This document shows, one piece after another, positions 30,884 to 39,137 of a DNA stretch of 64,000 nt; the stretch's first letter is position 1, and every line of letters begins with the position of its first letter. The stretch covers positions 288,001 to 352,000 of the forward strand of contig JBEKFP010000002.1 in the NCBI GenBank assembly GCA_050013255.1, in the 5' to 3' direction. The position numbers and the translations under genes are program-made. The notes under the pieces are model-generated. The model made no database searches. It worked only from the letters and a program-made list of their open reading frames with translations, and had not been told where the DNA came from. Origin of the DNA: Candidatus Bathyarchaeia archaeon (GTDB lineage Archaea; Thermoproteota; Bathyarchaeia; 40CM-2-53-6).

Positions 30884-31942
30884 TCATTTTTGCGTAATTA
30901 CGCTTGTTTGGGATGAAGCCTGCGCATTACCGAGTGTCGTCGTATTAGGTTTTGGGGGACGCGAGAAAAATTCCCGAACCAAAGCTAATGAAATTCTCAG
31001 CGCGTCATTCACGTTACCTTTCACGTTCGCGCCCGCTGCCGTCGCATGCCCTCCGCCCATCCCGTTCATGCGCATGCCCAGAGGGTTTGCTAAGTCCGTT
31101 CCGATATGCATCCCTGTTTCAAATGTGAATTCCTTGGTTGCACGGAAACTGACCGTCAAATCGTCGTTCCTCTTTCCAGCAACTATCGCCAGGTGAGCTC
31201 CCAGCGCAATGAGGGCCCGTGCGGCTGAGGCATGGTAAGATCCGACTTCCGATAGCGCCACTACCCATTTGCCCGCGCGTTCCATTCTCACTCTCTGTGC
31301 TGACTTGATGCGGGCGATTCTCTCGGATTCACCCATTGTTGCCCGCGTAACCTCCCTCGCTTTCTCAGGGTCCGCTCCTAAACGAACCAAGGCATATGCG
31401 GATTCGAATGTTCGGCGCGTGGCAATCGACAAATGTCCAGTCTCCACCAGCAACCCGGCCAGAAGCGCCTGGCAAACGGCCCGGTTAGGCAAAAGGTGTG
31501 ATTGCTTATACATGTCGAGGATCATTTCGCACGTTGAAGTTGCTTTATCATCGCAAATGACGAATGTTGCTGTTTTTGTGTTCTCGGGGTGGGGTGCGTG
31601 GTGGTCTATCATTACCAAGGGTTTGCCGGATTGAAGAACTGGCTCCTGGAGTTCGCCGAGCTGCCGAAGAGTGTTCGTGTCAACTGTAACGGTAAGGTCC
31701 ACGCTTGACATATCGGGGTGCTCGGTTACCTCAAGTGGAACGGTCTGGAGGATTTGTTTCGATAGTTTGCTCACGCCGGCGGGAGAAGCGAAAGTAATCC
31801 TAACTTTCCTGTTAAGGCGCCTAGCGAGAATCGCGAATGCGTACGCCGAGCAAACGGCGTCGGGATCGGAGTTCTGATGGCCGATTATTAGAACTGATTT
31901 TGCCTTCCGAATCAGTTTGATTAGGCGGGGATATCCTCGCAA
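30884..31942 (-). CDS. DHH/DHHA1 phosphoesterase (NrnA-like)
   Basis: HQNSDPDA, VDT, IDHH, GGGHATAAG. Confidence 0.88.
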   Translation of the reverse strand: MRGYPRLIKLIRKAKSVLIIGHQNSDPDAVCSAYAFAILARRLNRKVRITFASPAGVSKLSKQILQTVPLEVTEHPDMSSVDLTVTVDTNTLRQLGELQEPVLQSGKPLVMIDHHAPHPENTKTATFVICDDKATSTCEMILDMYKQSHLLPNRAVCQALLAGLLVETGHLSIATRRTFESAYALVRLGADPEKAREVTRATMGESERIARIKSAQRVRMERAGKWVVALSEVGSYHASAARALIALGAHLAIVAGKRNDDLTVSFRATKEFTFETGMHIGTDLANPLGMRMNGMGGGHATAAGANVKGNVNDALRISLALVREFFSRPPKPNTTTLGNAQASSQTSVITQK

Positions 31943-32223
31943 AGGTTAAGCTCCCTAGCTTTCGCGTCCGCTGCGGAGAACGCCATGTTGGTGGCCTCGT
32001 CTACAAGAGGCTCCAAATCCAGATCGCCACTCTCGAGCTCAATCGCCACATCAATAGATACAACTAGTGGCTTGTCGCCCACCGCCTCAATCGTCACGTC
32101 GAGGTCGCTGATTTGCTTCACAGAAATCCTGGACAACAGGTGTTTTCGCGCAGCTTCTTGCGCGGCTTCGCATATTTGTTCAACCTCTTCTGCTGTTGGT
32201 TTTCTCTTGAACTCAATACTCAT
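31921..32223 (-). CDS. DUF3194-like protein
   Basis: Acidic 100 aa protein, typical neighbour of prefoldin beta. Confidence 0.65.
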   Translation of the reverse strand: MSIEFKRKPTAEEVEQICEAAQEAARKHLLSRISVKQISDLDVTIEAVGDKPLVVSIDVAIELESGDLDLEPLVDEATNMAFSAADAKARELNLCEDIPA

Positions 32224-32265
32224 TGCGATTACTCCTTGAAACGACGTGGGGTTGGTGTAGCGGCT

Positions 32266-32637
32266 TTACGGCTGTGTGGGGCGCCTAGGTCCCTGTAGCC
32301 GTTCCTGAAGCTTCTCTTGGGCATCTTTCAACCTCTCCCTAGTCCTTTCCTCTTGTTTTCCGAGGACCGTGACTCGTGTCGTCAGAAGCTCCTTTCGCTC
32401 CTTCAGTTCGGTTAGCAGGTTCTGCCTGTTGGATTTGACAAGTATGCTGCCCACGCTTTTGTAGACAGGGGTTTCGTCAGTTGCCTTCTCAAGTTCAGCT
32501 AAGGCTTTGTCAGTCTCATTCAATTCGGCGTCCAGCTGCTGCTTTTGCGATGTCACGGACTGTAGCGTTTGTTGAAGTTGTTGGAGACGAACCAATTGTT
32601 CCTGGACTTGCGGTGGTAGCTCTACTTCTTCGCCCAA
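32266..32637 (-). CDS. pfdB: Prefoldin beta subunit
   Basis: LPPQVQEQL..LQQLQQ, VYKSVGSILVK. Confidence 0.93.
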   Translation of the reverse strand: MGEEVELPPQVQEQLVRLQQLQQTLQSVTSQKQQLDAELNETDKALAELEKATDETPVYKSVGSILVKSNRQNLLTELKERKELLTTRVTVLGKQEERTRERLKDAQEKLQERLQGPRRPTQP

Positions 32638-32774
32638 AACTTATGCCTTCATAACTCGCGCGAATTCGCGTAGCCATAAGACGGCGGCTAATTAAGCATT
32701 TCAGACCTTCCGGCACTTTTCCTCAACTCTCCAAGCTAAATCCAAAGTCCGTCCAACAGCCTATTGATCATGAG

Positions 32775-33095
32775 ATGATAACGAACAGCGGCAGGCACAT
32801 ACAGATAGTGGAGAAACGCTTTTGCTCGAAGTGCAACGTCTTCACCGACCAAATCTGTCACAGGGTCCGGTACCAAGACAACGAAGCCCAGGCCGGAACA
32901 CTGATCAAGAAGAGTAACTGGGTCTGCCCCACCTGCCTCACCGACACAGAAGACGTGAAGGTCCAGCCGCTACCCGGCGACAAAGTGAGAATCATAAACA
33001 GAATACTCAAGATGCAAGACGACTACGCAATCCAATCCATGAGCATCTCATCACACCCGGAGAAGTTAGTTGTCGAGATAACCATCAAGGAGTAG
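32775..33095 (+). CDS. Zinc-ribbon hypothetical protein
   Basis: CSKC...CPTC. Confidence 0.65.
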   Translation: MITNSGRHIQIVEKRFCSKCNVFTDQICHRVRYQDNEAQAGTLIKKSNWVCPTCLTDTEDVKVQPLPGDKVRIINRILKMQDDYAIQSMSISSHPEKLVVEITIKE

Positions 33096-33176
33096 CCAAG
33101 GCTAACGCACATCCCTCTCTTTTAAATCCGGAAGCAAAGAATACGAGGCGTGACGTTTCACCGGGGAAATCGTCGA

Positions 33177-34286
33177 ATGCCTGATTTAGTCAAAAAGAAC
33201 ATCGAGATAGACGATGAAACAGGGGCCATAAGCGGATCCCTCACCTACGCGAACGCGAAGATTCCTGTCCCAAACAAGTTCGCAACCACAACAGAATTGA
33301 ATGCAACTAGGTTGGTTGGGTTAAAGCAAGATTTTCCAACCGAAATCGTGATCGCGGGAAAACTGATCTACCCCGAGACGCTGAAGCGTATATTGAAGGA
33401 GGAGGAATTCCTCAAACAGTTCGCGAGGCGGCTCGCACGGGAGACCTCGACTCATGAAGACGCGTTGAGCATGCTCTTTCTTGTACTGAAGGGCGAAGCC
33501 GCGGTTGTTGAATCAAGCGACTTGCGGACGGTTCTCGACCTTCAATATTTCTCTGACATGGACGTAGTCACTGTCCAACAGAGCCCAGGCGTGTCCCCGA
33601 AGGATTTCTTGCTCCTCTACCGTTTTGCTGAACGTTGGCTGGATAATAGGGGCTTGGACAAGCCGCTCATGCCGGTCTTTAGGCCTACTGAGACGAAGCA
33701 GGAGTTCGATAAGATTCTGGGGCAGGTGTTGAAGAGGGGTAGTAAACTGATTGGGTTTGATATGAGGGGAGGGTTCTACTACCAAGCTCTTCGCTCATTA
33801 GAGGAGGCGAAGAAGAAGGACCCGAGCCTCTGGGTCCATGTATTCCAGGTTCCGCCGAAGATTCGCTTCGCTAGGAGCATGCTTCGTTGCTCGGAGGGTA
33901 TGATGCTCCCACTCCTTGGGGTAGACAGTTTCAACAGGTGGGTTGTACCGCCCCCTCCCGTTCCGCTCACGAAGGACAAGATCAATAGGTTCGATTCCAC
34001 GAACTGGGGGGTCTTCAAGCGAAAGGAATGGACGGAACAGTACGGCCCAACCTTACACTGCACATGCCCCATGTGCAGCAAGCAGAAGCTCCCTACTTTC
34101 TACTTAGGACAGGTGCTAACAGTCTTGGGGAGGAGTAAGGTACACGACCACTACGCTCAACGGGAACAGCTCCTGCAATTGTCATCCCACGTGAAGAGCG
34201 GAAACGTGAAGAGCTTCGTTTCCAGGAAGAAGTATCCAAAGGACTTTCTCGCTCAGGTAACGAAGTCGGAATCGGAGGCGGGCTAA
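33177..34286 (+). CDS. Divergent TGT-fold protein
   Basis: C-terminal CTCPMC-x22-H zinc site in a TIM-barrel-sized protein; catalytic DSGG motif not visible. Confidence 0.6.
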   Translation: MPDLVKKNIEIDDETGAISGSLTYANAKIPVPNKFATTTELNATRLVGLKQDFPTEIVIAGKLIYPETLKRILKEEEFLKQFARRLARETSTHEDALSMLFLVLKGEAAVVESSDLRTVLDLQYFSDMDVVTVQQSPGVSPKDFLLLYRFAERWLDNRGLDKPLMPVFRPTETKQEFDKILGQVLKRGSKLIGFDMRGGFYYQALRSLEEAKKKDPSLWVHVFQVPPKIRFARSMLRCSEGMMLPLLGVDSFNRWVVPPPPVPLTKDKINRFDSTNWGVFKRKEWTEQYGPTLHCTCPMCSKQKLPTFYLGQVLTVLGRSKVHDHYAQREQLLQLSSHVKSGNVKSFVSRKKYPKDFLAQVTKSESEAG

Positions 34287-34903
34287 AGCTTCGCCTCAGC
34301 CATCTTAGTCATCAGGGCTCGAAGGTCAACTTCCGAATTCGTTCTCCAACCCAGCGCCATCACACCTGCATCATCTTCCTCGAGGTATCCTGTTCGGAGG
34401 AATATGTCTACAAGTGTTGCGGCTTTCCAGCGGCCAAACTTGTGGGCGATCAGTTTCTCCAGGTCTTCGCGTGGGGCCTTGCCTTGCTTGGAGACTAAGT
34501 ATGCAAGCGATGCGCTCAGAGCTGCTAGGTTGTCAACTCGCCAACCAATCATCTTTGCTTCCTTCAGGCCTAATGTCCCTTTCAGAATGACTTGATACCT
34601 AGCTTCTTCAAGTGGACCGCCTTCAGGCGTAATCTCACCTGTTGAAGTCTCCTTCACTTTCTTTATCTCCAAATCCAGTTCGGATAATAGTTGGTTCAAC
34701 TGTTCGAGGACCTGTTCGTAATTCTTCCCCAACTTCTCCTTTAGCTCCCAATCCTTGGCGCCGGGCAGTTTGCCGCGGCGGAAGAGAAGTAGGTGCACTG
34801 CACGTTTCAGTTTGTCAGAGTAGAAACTCTTAGTTTCAGTCTTCGTCTCCGCTGTTTCCGTGGTTTCAGTAGATTTTGCTTCAGTGGTTTCCGTCGTTGC
34901 CAA
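34283..34903 (-). CDS. Tandem winged-helix KITE-like (ScpB/Nse1/Nse3-MAGE) protein
   Basis: 206 aa, LN..L..L.LEI first WH, GYLE...LGWRT.SE.D C-terminus; third gene of the SMC operon. Confidence 0.6.
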   Translation of the reverse strand: MATTETTEAKSTETTETAETKTETKSFYSDKLKRAVHLLLFRRGKLPGAKDWELKEKLGKNYEQVLEQLNQLLSELDLEIKKVKETSTGEITPEGGPLEEARYQVILKGTLGLKEAKMIGWRVDNLAALSASLAYLVSKQGKAPREDLEKLIAHKFGRWKAATLVDIFLRTGYLEEDDAGVMALGWRTNSEVDLRALMTKMAEAKL

Positions 34904-34908
34904 CTATC

Positions 34909-35697
34909 TCATGCCCCTCTCGGAATCGGTATCGGAAAGCTAACGCCACCCTCAATTGCCTTCTTTGAAGGTTCATCCATCGGAACCAGCAGCAGTTGCT
35001 CCCCCTCGGTTTGGAGTTTGGCATAGCCGTAGGTTACGAGGAAACTTACGAAGTAAGCCCTCTGGACCGTTTCATGGTATGACTGCGCATGAACGAATTT
35101 CCAATATTCAACTGGTTTCTGGTCTATATACTGGGCTCGAAGTTCTTCCCAGAGTGAAGTGAGGAGTTTTCCGAAATCTTCCCCTTGTATCCCCAGGCCT
35201 GACAGAATGGAAGAGTCGGCCGTGTCGGGTTTCTTGCCGCCCGAGTAATCCCTCCGTTTCCACCTCTCTGCGATAGGTAGGAGCAGGTTCCAGTAGTCGA
35301 GCGATAGGCTGACAGCTTCGTTCGTTAGCTGCTCTAGTTGTGCTAGCGGATGCCAACTCTGAAGGAACACTTCGGCAAGCCGTTTCTCGCTCATTCGCTC
35401 AACTTTACGTTTGATGAATTCGGGTTCGGCGTAGAGTGCGCTGGATTGGAATTTGAGCTGGGTGTTCTGGAGGCGGACGACCTCTGAGAGCCTGTTGAGT
35501 GTGTGTGCGTCGAGGCAGTGGTCGTCGAAGCTTTCCCAATGTGGGAAATACTCTCGAAGGGTCTCCACCCCGAGTTTAACGTCCATGAAGAAGGGGTTGA
35601 ACCTCCTCCCCGAAATCGCCTCGCAGGTCTCAATGATCTCCTCTAACTCTTTTCTGCCCGATGCGAGCGTGCGCTTCCCTTTGGGTTTCTCTGCCAA
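34909..35697 (-). CDS. Kleisin/ScpA-like protein
   Basis: N-terminal NPFFMDV...L..LS.VV.LQ..L like ScpA; C-terminal WH V.RAYFVSFLVTYGY. Confidence 0.6.
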   Translation of the reverse strand: MAEKPKGKRTLASGRKELEEIIETCEAISGRRFNPFFMDVKLGVETLREYFPHWESFDDHCLDAHTLNRLSEVVRLQNTQLKFQSSALYAEPEFIKRKVERMSEKRLAEVFLQSWHPLAQLEQLTNEAVSLSLDYWNLLLPIAERWKRRDYSGGKKPDTADSSILSGLGIQGEDFGKLLTSLWEELRAQYIDQKPVEYWKFVHAQSYHETVQRAYFVSFLVTYGYAKLQTEGEQLLLVPMDEPSKKAIEGGVSFPIPIPRGA

Positions 35698-35699
35698 GG

Positions 35700-37652
35700 T
35701 TACTTCAGCTCGCTAACTACCGATGTTCCCGCAACGTTCTGGACTACGATCACGTGGCTGTTCTCGGTAACGTTAACCTGCCCCGGGGTGATGGCCACGT
35801 ATTGTCCTTCGGTCATGGCTCCGGAGCTCGACATGATCAGTTGCGTAACGAGTTCGCGGTTCTTAGGGTCCATGTGAACGTCAAATTCGTCGATCGCCCT
35901 GAACGGGGAGGTGATGTGTTGCTGGAGTCCTAGCAGGAAGGCCATCATAGCGATGCTGCGTTCCCCGCCACTCTGCGTAAAGGCGTCGAGGGCGGTGGGG
36001 TTGTTTCCCTTAAACCCAACCATTATTTCCACACCACATTTCTCAATATCCCTCGAGGATATGAGCCGAATAGACCCTGTTGCGCCAACGGTTCCTAGGA
36101 TTTCGTTGTAGCGCCCGGTCAATTGTTCAAGGAAGGATGAGAGCACGTCCCGCCAACGGGAGAGGCGCTTATCAAGCTCCGTAAGGACCTCCTGGCGGTT
36201 CTGGGCAACTTGGTCAGCCTTTTGCTTCAGTTCTTCGTAGACCTTCGCGTAGGACGAGTACATCTTCTCGACATCTGCCGAAAGCGTTGACAAGGGCCTC
36301 ATCTGCTCCTCGACGGCACCGATTTCTAGCATTATCTCAAGGTTCTTTCTCGGCGATTCCATCGCGGCTCCCGCCTTCTCCGCCGCAGCAACCATCGGGT
36401 CCAACTCCTCTCTGGCTAGTCGGACTTGCGCTTGGAGGTCCGCTACTTCCTCTGTGAGGAGTTTCATCTTGAACCCTGAAACCTCATACTCCACATTCGT
36501 GTCGATGAGCCTTGTAAGCGCGTCCTCGAGGCGGCCGCTAGTATCAGCCATTTTCTCGTTGAGCGCCGCCATTTTCTCCTTCACTCTAACCAGCTTGCCT
36601 TGTGAATCCTCAGCCATCTCACGCCAAGAACTCTTCATCTTGTCGAGTGATTGCAGGTCAGGCTTAGTTGGTGATGCCTCCTGCTCGGCTTCAACGGATT
36701 GGAAGTTCTGTAGGAGATTCGTAGTCCATTCAATGTTCAGTTCATGTGTTGTGAGTTGCTTCACGAGCTCAACCCGTGAATCCTCCAGCTCCATTCGTCC
36801 AAGGTTTAATTCGTCGAACTTTGCCTGGCGTTTCTTCTTTGACTCCGCCAGCTCTTGGATTTTATTTTCAATCGATTGTACAGCTCGTGTCTTCGATTCA
36901 ATTCTGGCTTCGATGTGAGTTAATGCCTCCTTCTTCCTCTGGATCCGGCTCCATAAGAGTTCCCTCTTCAGGGCTTCCAGTTTCGTCTCCAGTTGCTGTT
37001 TCTGCAGGTAGCGCCCGTATTCACGCTTCCAATAATCGTGGGTCTCCTTAGTGGATTCAAGTACCTGGGCCAGGGAATGTTCCTCGCTTGCCACGCTTTC
37101 TAAGCGTTGTCTCGCGTCGATAACTTCCTCTCTATAAGATTCGAAGCCCACGGCTTCCTCAAGCATTTTCAGCTTATCTTGTGCGGTTACGGCGGCGAAG
37201 CGGCCGACCATGAACTGGTGCATTATGACTAGTATATTGTCGGGGTTCAGGCCGAGGGAAAGCAAAACGTCGGTGATTGCGGATTTAGGCGCAGATTTGT
37301 TCTGGAGGAGGTAGTAGTACGTGCCTGTACTCTTGATTACGCGTGTGATGGTGACGAGATCGGAGTGGAATCGTGGGAATGGCCGTTTTTCGCCTGTGTT
37401 ATCGAGGATTAGTGTGACTCGGGCTTCGTCGTGCCCCCACTTAACAAGGTCGCTCAACCGCTTGGATCGTTCAGTGTAAGCTTGGCCTAGAACTACGGAG
37501 ATCGCGAGAAGGATGGAGGATTTTCCGGCTCCGTTCGGCCCACAGATGAGGTTTAGCCCCGGCTCTAAGGGGACGTATGAGTTTTCGTAGGACATGAAAT
37601 TTGTAAGCACTACGCCTTTTATCATCTGAGCCGAGCTACCGTTTGAAACCAT
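35700..37652 (-). CDS. Short SMC-family ATPase (Smc5/6-like / coalescin-like)
   Basis: NFMSY, GPNGAGKS, coiled coils, QSGGERS, IDEFDVHMD; 650 aa. Confidence 0.88.
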   Translation of the reverse strand: MVSNGSSAQMIKGVVLTNFMSYENSYVPLEPGLNLICGPNGAGKSSILLAISVVLGQAYTERSKRLSDLVKWGHDEARVTLILDNTGEKRPFPRFHSDLVTITRVIKSTGTYYYLLQNKSAPKSAITDVLLSLGLNPDNILVIMHQFMVGRFAAVTAQDKLKMLEEAVGFESYREEVIDARQRLESVASEEHSLAQVLESTKETHDYWKREYGRYLQKQQLETKLEALKRELLWSRIQRKKEALTHIEARIESKTRAVQSIENKIQELAESKKKRQAKFDELNLGRMELEDSRVELVKQLTTHELNIEWTTNLLQNFQSVEAEQEASPTKPDLQSLDKMKSSWREMAEDSQGKLVRVKEKMAALNEKMADTSGRLEDALTRLIDTNVEYEVSGFKMKLLTEEVADLQAQVRLAREELDPMVAAAEKAGAAMESPRKNLEIMLEIGAVEEQMRPLSTLSADVEKMYSSYAKVYEELKQKADQVAQNRQEVLTELDKRLSRWRDVLSSFLEQLTGRYNEILGTVGATGSIRLISSRDIEKCGVEIMVGFKGNNPTALDAFTQSGGERSIAMMAFLLGLQQHITSPFRAIDEFDVHMDPKNRELVTQLIMSSSGAMTEGQYVAITPGQVNVTENSHVIVVQNVAGTSVVSELK

Positions 37653-37922
37653 GGTTGCCTTTCGCTGCGTAAAAAACGTTCAGGGATTTTCGAGACCGAA
37701 CTCCATACATCGGGCTCCAATTCGCAACGCCGGCAAGAGCATTGAGTTTCAAAGACTCGAATTTTCGGTTCTTCTTATGGATCGGTGCTGGTAATCAATG
37801 ACATTTGTTATGTCAACGTTCATTTGAAGAATTGCCAATTGTTTTGAACAAAAAACCGCGAAACACGTTTAAATATGATAGCCCCTTCACGCATGCATCA
37901 CGGCGGGAGTGAAGTAGAAAGT

Positions 37923-38153
37923 TTGCAGAGGCTCGGCAAAATTCTTCATCTTTCAAGCAGCCGAAGCCTCATAGTCAAGATCGACGAAGCCCGCTTCGTC
38001 AAAATGGGAACCCGAACTTGTGACAGCAAACTGAAGGAGATAGGAAGAGTCCACGACATTTTCGGATCCGTATCCTCCCCTTACGTATCGATCAGACCCG
38101 CGGGTCCTTCGCCGGCCAAGTATGTAGGCCGCATTGCTTACTCCTTGGATTAG
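37923..38153 (+). CDS. gar1: H/ACA RNP subunit Gar1
   Basis: LGKILH, IGRVHDIFGSVSSPYVSI; usual position before tfb. Confidence 0.85.
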   Translation: MQRLGKILHLSSSRSLIVKIDEARFVKMGTRTCDSKLKEIGRVHDIFGSVSSPYVSIRPAGPSPAKYVGRIAYSLD

Positions 38154-38168
38154 GTAGATGAGAAAAAA

Positions 38169-39125
38169 GTGTCTGAAGAAACTGATGGTGAACTAGGCGA
38201 AGCGCTACACTCAACTCAAAAGGTGCGCGTTTGCCCTGAGTGCGGCGAGCCTAAACTAATGCGCGACTACGAAGCTGCTGAAATTGTATGCATGTCCTGT
38301 GGGTTCGTGATCGATGAGAAAATTGCTGATAGCAGGCCCGAATGGAGAGCCTTCGACGACGACCAAAAAGCAAAACGGAGCAGAGTCGGCTCACCATTAA
38401 CCTACACGATTCATGACAAAGGTCTCTCAACCGTAATTGATTGGCGTGATCGACGCGTTCTCGGAAAACGAGCCACAGCTGCCCAAAGGTTAGACCTCTA
38501 CAAGCTTCGTAAATGGCAGAGTAGAGTGCGAGTTTCAGATGCTACTGAGAGAAACCTCGCCGTTGCTTTAGCTGAATTGAGTAAACTCTCTTCGGCGCTC
38601 AACCTTCCGAAGAACATCCTAGAAACGGCCTCAGTTATCTACCGAAGGGCAATCAAGAAACGTCTCATTCGCGGACGATCAATCCACAACGTAACCGCGG
38701 CAGCAATCTACATGAGTTGTAGGCAATGCGGAGTTCCGCGCACACTCGACGAAATAGCAATGTCATCTAGCCTCAACAAGAAAGACATTGGAAGGAGTTA
38801 CAGGTTTATGGTGCGTGAACTCGAAGCCTTTGTGCCCCCCTCAACGAGCAGGAACTACGCCGCCCGCTTCAGTAACAAACTGGTGATTTCCGGGAAGGCA
38901 GAGGCGATTGCGATTCGCATCCTCGAGATCGCTAAGGAGATGAAGTTAACGAGCGGCAGGGGGCCGACAGGCATTGCCGCCGCAGCCACATATATCGCCA
39001 CAGTCCTCACAAACGAGAGGAAGACCCAGCGGGAGATTGCTGAAATAGCGAACGTGACCGAGGTCACCATTAGAAACAGGTACAAAGAACTGCTCGAACG
39101 CCTGTTTATCGAAGTCCCGCTGTAG
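38169..39125 (+). CDS. tfb: Transcription initiation factor TFB
   Basis: CPECG zinc ribbon, PEWRAF, two cyclin repeats, VTEVTIRNRYKEL. Confidence 0.97.
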   Translation: MSEETDGELGEALHSTQKVRVCPECGEPKLMRDYEAAEIVCMSCGFVIDEKIADSRPEWRAFDDDQKAKRSRVGSPLTYTIHDKGLSTVIDWRDRRVLGKRATAAQRLDLYKLRKWQSRVRVSDATERNLAVALAELSKLSSALNLPKNILETASVIYRRAIKKRLIRGRSIHNVTAAAIYMSCRQCGVPRTLDEIAMSSSLNKKDIGRSYRFMVRELEAFVPPSTSRNYAARFSNKLVISGKAEAIAIRILEIAKEMKLTSGRGPTGIAAAATYIATVLTNERKTQREIAEIANVTEVTIRNRYKELLERLFIEVPL

Positions 39126-39137
39126 CCTAATCCGCTT

